A stretch of DNA of 64,000 nt. Source: a virus. The notes under the pieces are model-generated. The model ran no database searches. It had not been told where the DNA came from and saw nothing but the letters and a program-made list of their open reading frames with translations. Location of the stretch: positions 2,955 to 66,954 of IMG/VR virus record IMGVR_UViG_3300006880_000002; one strand, given 5' to 3'. Position 1 is the stretch's first letter; each line of letters starts with the position of its first letter. The translations under genes were made by a program, and so were the position numbers. This document shows positions 26,682-35,262 of this stretch, one piece after another.

Positions 26682-27395
26682 TCAAGTGAGCGTTGGATAC
26701 CGGTAATCGATCCAGGATCGTGGCGGAGACGGCTTCTTCGGAGCTCCGTCTCCCACTCCGAACGCGCCAGCGAGCCCCGCGGCACGGAGTGCGTGAAGAT
26801 CGGCCATGCCGAGAAAGTCTCCGTGGCCTTTTTCTTTCGCTTCTGCGCCGGGCTCAATCCACCACTCTTTGAGATGCGACGCGATCTGACCAACAGGATA
26901 GTCAGTCGTGCCGTCGAGCTTCACCCACTTACCGAGATCATCCTTGAACGCACCGAACACGTGCGTCGGAACGTCGGCTGGAGCGCGACTGGAGCTCAAG
27001 ATCACCATTGTCTCGATCCCGATCGACATGAGCGCCGCGAGAATCGTGATCGTCGCGTCGTCGCAATCGCCAGCGAGAAGACAGAGACCGCCCGCGTCGT
27101 CGAGACAGAGCGTCTGGTGAGGCGTCGCCATCGTCTCTCCCATGACGGGGTCTTTGACGTAGGCGACGGTCGCTCGAAACTCGTCGAGAATTGCTTGCGC
27201 CTGTTGGCGCTTCGTACCGGTAGCGACGTTGTGTTTTCGGATCGCCTTGATCGCCCACTCGCGTACGCGTGGGCTCATGCGGTGCTTCCACGCACGCTCC
27301 GCTACTTCCTTGCCTGAGAGCTTCGCGCCGTCTGCACCAGCAGGATGTGGCCTGGCTTCCGTCTTCACACCGGCAACGGCTTTATCGGTAACCAT
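26682..27395 (-). CDS. Transglutaminase-like (Cys-His-Asp) protein
   Basis: YVKDP, GDCDD, THVF, LDGT; start MVTDK at 27395. Confidence 0.8.
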   Translation of the reverse strand: MVTDKAVAGVKTEARPHPAGADGAKLSGKEVAERAWKHRMSPRVREWAIKAIRKHNVATGTKRQQAQAILDEFRATVAYVKDPVMGETMATPHQTLCLDDAGGLCLLAGDCDDATITILAALMSIGIETMVILSSSRAPADVPTHVFGAFKDDLGKWVKLDGTTDYPVGQIASHLKEWWIEPGAEAKEKGHGDFLGMADLHALRAAGLAGAFGVGDGAPKKPSPPRSWIDYRYPTLT

Positions 27396-28224
27396 GTTCG
27401 TACACTCGCCTGACTCGGGGACGTTTCTTCCAGTAGTAAATCCCGCCCCCGACGACGGCGATTGCCGCGGCCCAACCGAACATGGCGCCGGCAGAGATCC
27501 CGCCTTTTTGCGTAGAAGCCACCGGCTGCGGCGGAACAACCACCTCTACAGGTTGCTGAGGAGGAAGTGTCGGGAGCGGCCCCGCTCCTCCGTAGTACGA
27601 CTGGAGAGCAAGACGCGCGCTCCCGAGCGCCGTCGCGAGAGATTGACGAATGTCAGAGCGAGCCGAAGCGACCTCGGGTTGGTTACCGACGTTGATCGCA
27701 GCGTTCATGTCGGCCGTTCGCTGCCGCGCGTACGCGAGCGCAGTGCGCGCGTCGGTCGCGAACTTCACCGAGGCCGCCATACCGGTGCGTCCGACCTCGT
27801 TCATCGCGAAGTCGACGGCATCGATCACCGTGCCAGCGGTCGCGGCGAACTCACGGTCGCCCATCGTGTCGAGAAGGCTCACTGCAGTCGTCGCCGCGTC
27901 GAGCGTCGGGAAGTCCCCGAGGGTGCCAGCGAGCCCGACGCCAGCGGTGCCGACCGGTGTCACACCATCGTAATGAGGAAGGAGCTCGAAATACGACTTC
28001 GGGAGCCGGTCGAGCGTCCCGTCGAACCAACGATCGGGGAGATTCAGAACCTCACCGACACGAAGAGGGTCCCGGAACGTGATGAAACCGTTCGGCATTC
28101 GCACCGCGGCGCGATGTGAGTTGACACTCACGAGATCCCGAGCGCACTTCGGGCAACCAGCGTGAGAATCTTGGGCGGCGATCGACGCCGGGGAATCTCC
28201 TACCTGAACGGTGTACTGGCGCAC
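27382..28224 (-). CDS. LysM-domain membrane-anchored protein
   Basis: YTVQVGDSPASIA...LRVGEVLNLP; C-terminal GISAGA-TM-KKRPR. Confidence 0.8.
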   Translation of the reverse strand: MRQYTVQVGDSPASIAAQDSHAGCPKCARDLVSVNSHRAAVRMPNGFITFRDPLRVGEVLNLPDRWFDGTLDRLPKSYFELLPHYDGVTPVGTAGVGLAGTLGDFPTLDAATTAVSLLDTMGDREFAATAGTVIDAVDFAMNEVGRTGMAASVKFATDARTALAYARQRTADMNAAINVGNQPEVASARSDIRQSLATALGSARLALQSYYGGAGPLPTLPPQQPVEVVVPPQPVASTQKGGISAGAMFGWAAAIAVVGGGIYYWKKRPRVRRVYEHGYR

Positions 28225-28263
28225 GCGATCAGTCTAAGCGGGACGGACAGGATCCGTCCAGGC

Positions 28264-28449
28264 TCAAGGCGCGATGTACGGCTGATGAACTACCGGACGT
28301 CCGTCGTCAGCTAGCTGAATTCCTTCACTTTCAACCGCCATACGCACCATGGGGTTCTTGAGGAGCGATTCGAACTTCAAGGCGTTCTCGTACGCCTGTC
28401 TGTCGTCACGGGCGTCGATCTCGATACTCATGAGGACGCGGTACCTCAT
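28264..28449 (-). CDS. Small hypothetical protein
   Basis: ATGA-coupled 61-aa ORF. Confidence 0.55.
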   Translation of the reverse strand: MRYRVLMSIEIDARDDRQAYENALKFESLLKNPMVRMAVESEGIQLADDGRPVVHQPYIAP

Positions 28450-28748
28450 GCCGCACTCCTAGAATAACGGTACGCGCTACTCACACCTTGCTCCTCTTCG
28501 GCCACACGCTCCCACGGGTCGCGTGTGAAATGCCAAACTCGGCGTCCGTCGCAGAGCCACTCCAGATATTTCGAAGAAATACGAAACGACAACGGTCCTC
28601 CAACCGCGAATGTCGGACGAGGTTGTACCGCATCTGGTTCGACATGGCAGCGAGCTACCGTGTGATCCGGTTTACGCACTCGAACCGTGACCGTTCTCGA
28701 CGGTCTGCTGACCCAAGATTCAGCTTTGATTCGGAAAGCTGCGTCCAT
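28446..28748 (-). CDS. Hypothetical protein
   Basis: ORF in operon context. Confidence 0.5.
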   Translation of the reverse strand: MDAAFRIKAESWVSRPSRTVTVRVRKPDHTVARCHVEPDAVQPRPTFAVGGPLSFRISSKYLEWLCDGRRVWHFTRDPWERVAEEEQGVSSAYRYSRSAA

Positions 28749-28751
28749 TTC

Positions 28752-30344
28752 TCAACCGCCTTGCTCCCACGCACGCTGGCCCGGGGGAGGCGCCTCCGTC
28801 TCTTGGATGGTGGGAGGTACAGCTTGAGGAGGGGGCGGGAGACCTTGCTGCGGCGCCGGAGCGGGCGTCACGACGGCCTGCGGCTGTGGCGGTGGTTGCT
28901 GGTCTTCATAGACGAACCTGTAACCCTCGGGGGGTTGATCGCCGGATCGCACGTTCACCTGCTGTCCTACGTACGGTTGTTGCTTCGGGGGCTGCGTCGG
29001 CGCTTGCTCCGTTTCACGACGATTCTTCTCCTCTACCTTGTCCAACATGTCGCCGAGCCACTTGAGCGCCTTCGGAGCGCCGACCATGAGGGTCGGGGCC
29101 CACTGGATCTTGCCATCCTCGTCGTGGATGACGTCCATGTCCCCGATCTTCTTGGTGCGAAGACCGCTGTCGTCTTCTTGTGACGTCGTCTCTGGTTCGT
29201 CGGGCTCGGGAACACTTCCGCCGCCGCCAAACACGCTCTGCACCTCGGACGCGAAGCTCCGCATCTGACGCATCTGCGTGAGCCCGTCACGCCACGCGTC
29301 CATTTGTGAGCGCTGTGGTTGCTGCGGCTCTTGTGGAGGAGGTCTTTGCTGCGGACGGTACGGAGGCTGCTGTCGTTCGTACCCACCTCCGAGATCACGT
29401 CGCTGTATCGGCTGAATCGTCCAACCTGTGTCCGTGCGGAACACGAGCTCGTGGCCCGGAGGAGGCGTCACAGCCGGAGGTTGTGGAACCGCCGCCGCGG
29501 CAGGTTGCTGCGGCACGAATTGCTGCTGGGGCACCGGAGCCGGCGCTGGCTGTTGGGGCTGTTGACCAGGAGGACGCCACCCCATGCTCTCGAACCACTG
29601 CGCCATCTCGCGCATTTTGGCCATGTCCGTTCCAGGCGGCGGGGGTTGAGGCACCGGAGCTTGCTGTTGTCCAGGCGGCTGAAAACCAAGTCCTATGAAG
29701 TAATCTCGCCACGCGTTCAACTCGGCGAACTGATCTTTTGCTGGCGGAGGCGCAGCGGCGGGCTGCGGCACAGGTTGAGGAGGCACACCGTACGGGGGCT
29801 GCTGTGGCGGATATCCCATGGGTTGATCTCGCAAGTGAGCCGGACGTGTGTCCGGGAGAACGATGCGGCCTGTCCCTTTGAATTGGCCGTCGGGAGTGAC
29901 GAACTGGATCTTGTACTCAGCCTCCGCGCTCGGTCCGTGGTAGCGCATGAGCGTTTCGTACATGTCATCGGCGTTGCGAGGACGGTTCTTGATGACGTAC
30001 GACACCTGATCCCCGGTGAGCCGCTTCATACGGATGGTGAGCGCGCTCGCTCCGTACGCTTTCACCAGACCGTCGTAAGACGTCATAATGTCGTCGCTGT
30101 TGAACGAGACGTGTCTCTCGCCCGACTTCTTGCGTTTCACCGCGTCTCGACGTCTACGATTTTCGAGCACGCTCTCGGCATCGGCCGCACCGACACGGCG
30201 AATGTTTTCCGTAGATGTGACGAGATCCCCGTTCTCGTCTTCTGTCGCTCGTGCCTGTTGGATGACGTCTTCCTCGTCATCTGCGAATGGCGTGACAGGG
30301 TCACGCTCGCGCGGCCGTCGTGTGCTTGCCATGCCGTTGTTCAA
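28752..30344 (-). CDS. Pro/Gln-rich largely disordered protein
   Basis: Folded N-terminal part then long PQ tracts with two G-(F/W)-x-PPGQQ repeats. Confidence 0.7.
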   Translation of the reverse strand: MNNGMASTRRPRERDPVTPFADDEEDVIQQARATEDENGDLVTSTENIRRVGAADAESVLENRRRRDAVKRKKSGERHVSFNSDDIMTSYDGLVKAYGASALTIRMKRLTGDQVSYVIKNRPRNADDMYETLMRYHGPSAEAEYKIQFVTPDGQFKGTGRIVLPDTRPAHLRDQPMGYPPQQPPYGVPPQPVPQPAAAPPPAKDQFAELNAWRDYFIGLGFQPPGQQQAPVPQPPPPGTDMAKMREMAQWFESMGWRPPGQQPQQPAPAPVPQQQFVPQQPAAAAVPQPPAVTPPPGHELVFRTDTGWTIQPIQRRDLGGGYERQQPPYRPQQRPPPQEPQQPQRSQMDAWRDGLTQMRQMRSFASEVQSVFGGGGSVPEPDEPETTSQEDDSGLRTKKIGDMDVIHDEDGKIQWAPTLMVGAPKALKWLGDMLDKVEEKNRRETEQAPTQPPKQQPYVGQQVNVRSGDQPPEGYRFVYEDQQPPPQPQAVVTPAPAPQQGLPPPPQAVPPTIQETEAPPPGQRAWEQGG

Positions 30345-30766
30345 GAGACTACTGTCGGCTGTCCGTTCGCCGGAGGCGGCGGTTTCTCGTCTGGGTCGTC
30401 ATCATCGTCGAGCTTGTTCTCCTCCGCGATGGTCATTTCCGTGATGAAGACCTCGGGGGTCATTTCCTCGTCGATGAGCCGCACGAGCTTGTACGGAAGG
30501 AGGTGTCGGCGTCCCTCGACACCATTCTCCTTCTTGATCAAGTAGTAGATGCTCACGCCCATGTCCTCGACGTACATGTTGAGGATCGTCGCGTTTTTGA
30601 TGAACGGGTGGTTCGCGCTGACCACCCAATTGAGTGGCGCGGGCCACACTACTTCCACGGCGTCGTCGGGGCGTTGGTCCCTCGGATAGATCGGATCGGT
30701 GACCAGGCGCACCACGCGAGGGAAGATCACCTCAGGCAGTTGAAGTGTTCGTGTCTGCTGGGTCAT
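30341..30766 (-). CDS. Hypothetical protein with acidic tail
   Basis: Coupled ORF. Confidence 0.6.
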   Translation of the reverse strand: MTQQTRTLQLPEVIFPRVVRLVTDPIYPRDQRPDDAVEVVWPAPLNWVVSANHPFIKNATILNMYVEDMGVSIYYLIKKENGVEGRRHLLPYKLVRLIDEEMTPEVFITEMTIAEENKLDDDDDPDEKPPPPANGQPTVVS

Positions 30767-31026
30767 GAAGGCTCCTCTGAAAAATTGAGGCGAGCGAACT
30801 CGCCGAAGTGTTTGCGTGCAGCTGAGTCGTAGGCGCGGGCGGCTTCCTCTTCAGTGACGAAACGGCCGATGTAAATCAGTTGACGATCGACCCGAACGCG
30901 AGCGAGCCATGGTGCGGCTCCGGGAGCAAACGGACCTGAGCATCCTCGACCGATTCGAGAATTTTCTCGACCACGTTCTCGCTGGAACTCCGTACCGCAC
31001 CGGAGACACGTCAGATCGACTTTCAC
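30763..31026 (-). CDS. AP2-domain protein lacking HNH
   Basis: WLARVRVD..IYIGRF-x-TEEEAARAYD-x-AARKHFGEFARLNF; N-terminal CLRC. Confidence 0.75.
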   Translation of the reverse strand: MKVDLTCLRCGTEFQRERGRENSRIGRGCSGPFAPGAAPWLARVRVDRQLIYIGRFVTEEEAARAYDSAARKHFGEFARLNFSEEPS

Positions 31027-31682
31027 AGGCGTCCGTCCTCCAGGAAGCTGTAGAAACTCGGATCTTTCACACTGCCCCCGGCGATTATATGGTCCAAGAG
31101 ACAAATCTCCAGGCCACTCTCGTTGAGCGTGTCAAATACCTCGACGAAAGCTTCCGTCGTTTCGATGTCAGCTTCACTAGGCTGCGCTTCGACCCCAGAT
31201 GGATGGCAGTGGAACAAAATAATCGCGTGAGCCCCATCAATGAGCGCCGCTTGAAGTGTGGGAACCATCGGTGCCATGACGCTCGTTGGTTCGCCGCGCC
31301 CCGTCTCGAAAACGCTCTTCATACGCATGTGTAGATCGAGCGATACCCCACCGAAGACCTCGTTCACTTCATCACCGATGGCCTCCATGATGAGCTGAGC
31401 CGCCTTCTTCGGCGTGTCGAGGGGCCCGATCTCGTCGGCGAGCGCGTTGCACGCCGCGAACCTCTCAGCGTCCTTCTGAACAACGAGGAACGGGCGACAC
31501 TTTGAGCCTGGTCCTCCGGCGAGCACGATGGGGTCGATGCCTTCCGGAGTTTTGGGTCGCACCTTCTCGGCAACCTCACGAGCGCGGAGCTTCGCTTGCT
31601 TCGGCAGGTGGCACTCGCAGGGCTTCTTGCTCTGTACAGCACGCACCATGCGAGGCGCTACGATGTAGGGACGGGCGCTCAC
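31023..31682 (-). CDS. RadC-like JAB-domain protein
   Basis: E, HCHPSG, PSEAD, LLDHII; GTG start coupled to upstream stop. Confidence 0.85.
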   Translation of the reverse strand: MSARPYIVAPRMVRAVQSKKPCECHLPKQAKLRAREVAEKVRPKTPEGIDPIVLAGGPGSKCRPFLVVQKDAERFAACNALADEIGPLDTPKKAAQLIMEAIGDEVNEVFGGVSLDLHMRMKSVFETGRGEPTSVMAPMVPTLQAALIDGAHAIILFHCHPSGVEAQPSEADIETTEAFVEVFDTLNESGLEICLLDHIIAGGSVKDPSFYSFLEDGRL

Positions 31683-32101
31683 GCTGGTGCGCCTTCGACG
31701 GCTTCCGAAGTAACCCGTACCTTCTCGACGGTCTCCACACCGTTCGAACCTTCGAGCACGATCTTGTCGGCCGACTCCTCGCCCGGAAGAACGATGAAGT
31801 CTTCGAGGGAGAACTCCGAACAGCGCGCGATGATGTTGTTGTCCCACACGCCGGCAACGGGGTTCTTCGTCGGAACGATTACCCGGTGACCGCGGTGGAA
31901 GTGCATCTCGAAGCACATCTTCGCCACGATCAGATCGCCGGGTTTGTAGCCTTCCTTCGCGGCCTCCTCCCCGACGAGCTCGATCAGATAGTGCCGCGTG
32001 ACGTTCTTGGACGTCTGACCCGTCGTGAGCACGATCTGGCTCTTCACCTTCGGCACAAGGGCGCGACAGATCATGTAGTAGGCTTCGGCTTTGTATTTCA
32101 C
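31679..32101 (-). CDS. GroES-like co-chaperonin candidate
   Basis: SQIVL (mobile-loop-like), LVG, YKPGDLIV, NNIIA follow GroES motif order. Confidence 0.45.
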   Translation of the reverse strand: MKYKAEAYYMICRALVPKVKSQIVLTTGQTSKNVTRHYLIELVGEEAAKEGYKPGDLIVAKMCFEMHFHRGHRVIVPTKNPVAGVWDNNIIARCSEFSLEDFIVLPGEESADKIVLEGSNGVETVEKVRVTSEAVEGAPA

Positions 32102-32766
32102 TGGATCTCCTCGGAGGTTTCTTCGGTCTCAGGTGGCGGTCGGTCGAACTCTGCCATGAGGGCCAGCGGGTTGAGTTTCTCTCGTTCCGCGGGCCCCGCG
32201 GGCGTCTCGTTCGGGGGAGGTTGAAGGGGAGGCTTTCCACTCGCGGTGTGCCGCAGACGCAGCCCTTCGAGCTCTTCTTGATCGGCGGCCCACGCCGAAA
32301 GCACTTCAGAGTAGAGCTCTCGACTCGGAGCAAAGTAGGTCGTGTTCACGAGCCGTCGAGCCTCGACGGGGGCAAACTGCCTCGCTGCGTTGAGTATTAC
32401 GAGAAGACTCATCCGGATTTCTCGATCGGGACACGCCGCGAGGCACGGAGCCGTTTCGTCATGTTCACCAGGACAGTCGGTCGCATGACGGCAGCGCGGA
32501 AGCATTTCGTCGATTTGTCGCCAAGCAATTTCCCACGACGTGCGGCTACGCCAGAGGGCGAGCGTGAGTGAGCTCCAGTCGCGTTTCGAGACGGAGATCT
32601 TGTCGTCGCCTGGGTTCGCAAAGCCCATCATGCGCTTCTGCGCTGGGTTCGCCTTCGGCTTCGGTGCAGCGATCAAAGGCTTCTGTTTCTTGCCTACCGT
32701 TCCGCGCCAAGCAAGCCACACCATGAAGAGGATTGCGACGACGTAGAGCAAATCCAAAAAATTCAT
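32098..32766 (-). CDS. N-terminally anchored membrane protein
   Basis: N-terminal TM, Cys cluster, acidic tail. Confidence 0.6.
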   Translation of the reverse strand: MNFLDLLYVVAILFMVWLAWRGTVGKKQKPLIAAPKPKANPAQKRMMGFANPGDDKISVSKRDWSSLTLALWRSRTSWEIAWRQIDEMLPRCRHATDCPGEHDETAPCLAACPDREIRMSLLVILNAARQFAPVEARRLVNTTYFAPSRELYSEVLSAWAADQEELEGLRLRHTASGKPPLQPPPNETPAGPAEREKLNPLALMAEFDRPPPETEETSEEIQ

Positions 32767-32960
32767 CCTAATGACCCTTCTGGTTCACGCACGGGAACAA
32801 TCCCAGGCGCACCATTTTTCTTGGCTACCTGAAGGATCACCGCCCTCATCCAAGGTCCCATTCTCACCCCACAACGCTCGGCGCGCTGTTCGATCATCTT
32901 GAACTGCTCGGGGGTAAGCCGAACGTAAATACCCTTGTTTTTCAAGGGAGGAGCTTTCAT
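32763..32960 (-). CDS. Ribbon-helix-helix DNA-binding protein
   Basis: IYVRLTPEQ..IEQRAE..G..MGPWMR; first gene after a divergent promoter. Confidence 0.7.
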   Translation of the reverse strand: MKAPPLKNKGIYVRLTPEQFKMIEQRAERCGVRMGPWMRAVILQVAKKNGAPGIVPVREPEGSLG

Positions 32961-33057
32961 TTCATGATCTTCGCGCGTATAGCGTTCGATCTCCCGCGAG
33001 GATACTGCCCACGCATACTCGACCTGTCAAGACACTACGTGTAGACTTCCGCGGGAG

Positions 33058-33495
33058 ATGGTGAAGTTCGGCGCCGGACCAGACTTCGCGGCGCAGTGTC
33101 CGCAGACGGCGCCGCTCGATGGTTATCGCGCGTGGATCGAAGCCGACGGCCCAGTTCCAGACGAGCTCGCGAAGCGCGCCGCTGCGCTCGGGGCCGACAC
33201 GACGCTCCCCATCGGAGCGACCGAGAGTTATCCGATCCCCGGCGTCACGGCGCTAATGCGAGTGGAAACGCACGCTTGGGGACGAGATGACAAGGGAAAT
33301 CTCGTGCAAGGGTGCTTCCGAGCCGTCGGGATCTACGTACCGGAGCTCGTGGCCGCGGGCGCCGGACTCAACGTACCCTCGTCGAGCCGCCTCGAAACGA
33401 CCATCCAAGTTCTCACCGCAGCGAGCCTCATCATCGGGATCGGAGCGTCTGTAGTCGCCTGGCGCTGCAAGCAAAAACGGAAGAAGGCCGCGTGA
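33058..33495 (+). CDS. Membrane-anchored protein
   Basis: C-terminal TM + KQKRKK. Confidence 0.65.
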   Translation: MVKFGAGPDFAAQCPQTAPLDGYRAWIEADGPVPDELAKRAAALGADTTLPIGATESYPIPGVTALMRVETHAWGRDDKGNLVQGCFRAVGIYVPELVAAGAGLNVPSSSRLETTIQVLTAASLIIGIGASVVAWRCKQKRKKAA

Positions 33496-33719
33496 CTCCG
33501 TGTGATGCGATGCGAGCCGCACGTAACGCCTCAGGTTGCGAAACGGTTTTTCTCGGCGACGGCCCTGTCGTCGGCTTCGGAAACCCAGCGCTAGCTGTTC
33601 CGGCTGCAACCCCCTGGGCCGAGATCATCGTGACGAGCGTCGTTTCCGCCGCCGCGGGATGGGCGCTCGACGAAGCAGCGACCCGGTTCAGTGGTAGGAA
33701 GCGGAAGAAGCGCCGATGA
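33492..33719 (+). CDS. Small membrane protein ending RKRKKRR
   Basis: GTGA-coupled, TM + basic tail. Confidence 0.6.
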   Translation: MTPCDAMRAARNASGCETVFLGDGPVVGFGNPALAVPAATPWAEIIVTSVVSAAAGWALDEAATRFSGRKRKKRR

Positions 33720-33853
33720 ACGAAGAGCTAAACACCCCTGCCGAAGATTACGCTACGGCCGCCGCTATCTGGACAGTGATCGGTGTCGGCGTTGTCAGCG
33801 CATTTATTTATGACGCGGTCAAGAAAGACAGGAAGCGGAAGAAGCGCCGATGA
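33696..33853 (+). repeat. 24-bp exact direct repeat at two consecutive gene junctions
   Basis: AGGAAGCGGAAGAAGCGCCGATGA at 33696-33719 and 33830-33853. Confidence 0.9.
33716..33853 (+). CDS. 45-aa single-TM protein ending RKRKKRR (below ORF-track cutoff)
   Basis: MNEELNTPAEDYATAAAIWTVIGVGVVSAFIYDAVKKDRKRKKRR; ATGA-coupled at both ends. Confidence 0.65.
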   Translation: MNEELNTPAEDYATAAAIWTVIGVGVVSAFIYDAVKKDRKRKKRR

Positions 33854-34653
33854 CGAACGAACAACTCTTCCTCGGTGAGTGTCCCCTCATCAATCGAGAA
33901 GGGATCTATTTCGAGGGACGCAAGGTCATCTTGTTCGGGATGTCCGGGACGGGAGTGGGGGACGTCGGAGACCTCCTCGCCTACCGCCGACTTTGGCAGC
34001 CGTTCATCATGGCACACCTCGCGCTCTGGCAGCACCTGAACGACCTCTTCGAAGGTGCGGACGAGTCCAAACGTTGCCCGGCGGGGATCTTCTCCGTCGA
34101 CAAGATCGATCCGTCACTCCCGTCAGCCACGAAATCATTCTGTGCGGGTCTCTCGATCACGCGCATGCACGTGAGTGAAACAGATCCGCGTGGCATCAAG
34201 GCCATGTGGAACGCGTGGGCCGGCAAATCTAGCGCCGACATTCTTGCGGGCGCGGATGCGATGCTCAAGTGGCACCAGCAAGTCGTGATGACGGTTGGCG
34301 GTTCGTACAAGCAAGAGCTCGTCGACCTTGCTAAGCAGTGGAAGCTCGACATCACACTCCCGGATGTGCCTCCGTTCGCTCAGCAGCAGGACGTCATCGA
34401 ACAAATCGAATCCGCTTACATCACCGTGAAGGGCGTGCTTCAGCTCATCGGGTACGGACCGGCGGCGACGCTAGAGACCGCGGCTGATGCAGCGCAAGCG
34501 ACGGCCGAGGGGTTGAAGGAAGCGGCACGGAAGGCCGGCGAGGCGATCAGCAGCCCACTCACCTGGATAGGTGTGACGGCGGTATTGGCTGTCGTCGGTG
34601 GTGTGCTCCTCGTCTACTACCGACCCAGCAAAGCTCGCGCCGCGCACGCCTGA
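33850..34653 (+). CDS. Membrane-anchored helical virion protein
   Basis: GTGVGD near N-terminus, C-terminal TM. Confidence 0.65.
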   Translation: MTNEQLFLGECPLINREGIYFEGRKVILFGMSGTGVGDVGDLLAYRRLWQPFIMAHLALWQHLNDLFEGADESKRCPAGIFSVDKIDPSLPSATKSFCAGLSITRMHVSETDPRGIKAMWNAWAGKSSADILAGADAMLKWHQQVVMTVGGSYKQELVDLAKQWKLDITLPDVPPFAQQQDVIEQIESAYITVKGVLQLIGYGPAATLETAADAAQATAEGLKEAARKAGEAISSPLTWIGVTAVLAVVGGVLLVYYRPSKARAAHA

Positions 34654-34711
34654 CCTGCAACATCAGGTTGCAGCGCTGGCGGAAACCGGTCGTGTGGTAG
34701 GCTTCCAAGTT

Positions 34712-35032
34712 GTGGATGTCGTGACGACTGCCGCAAGCTCATCGGAAAAACTCGCCGAGCACGGGGTGCTGGGGCTCGTCTGCCTGTTCCTCATCTCCGC
34801 GGTCGTGTGGCTGTACCGGGCGCGTGACGCCGATGCGAAAAACTACAACGCGGAGTTGCAGAAGGCGACGGACGGTAGGCTTGCCGACGCAAAGGCGTAT
34901 ACTGACAAGGTGCTAACAATCCAAAGCACCGTCCTCGAAGCAGTGAAAGCTCTTCAAGAGCTCTACGAAATGGAGCAGAACCGCAACCAGCCGCGTCAAC
35001 GCGGACGTTTTCCGTCGAGCGGAGGCACATGA
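34712..35032 (+). CDS. Holin-like single-TM coiled-coil protein
   Basis: LAEHGVLGLVCLFLISAVVWLY followed by coiled coil. Confidence 0.5.
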   Translation: MDVVTTAASSSEKLAEHGVLGLVCLFLISAVVWLYRARDADAKNYNAELQKATDGRLADAKAYTDKVLTIQSTVLEAVKALQELYEMEQNRNQPRQRGRFPSSGGT

Positions 35033-35262
35033 TCCCGAAGCCTCGCGTACGCTCGCCGACGCCGACTCCAGAGCAGACACAAGTGCTCGTGGACTACCAG
35101 AAGGCACTCGATGGACTCGCGGAGAGCGAAAAGTGTGTGAGGGAACTCGGGGCTCGGGCTTGCGCTGAAGTGGTCAAGCGCAAATCGATGCCGAAGATGC
35201 ACGCGCTCTCGACGGCTGAGATCGCGGCGGGCATCGCGCCGCGTCCTAACGGGCGACGGTGA
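35029..35262 (+). CDS. Hypothetical protein
   Basis: ATGA-coupled. Confidence 0.5.
   Translation: MIPKPRVRSPTPTPEQTQVLVDYQKALDGLAESEKCVRELGARACAEVVKRKSMPKMHALSTAEIAAGIAPRPNGRR

Noticed and set aside
31023-32333. 436-aa JAB ORF
   Set aside because: The upstream part overlaps two better genes; a coupled GTG start at 31682 fits
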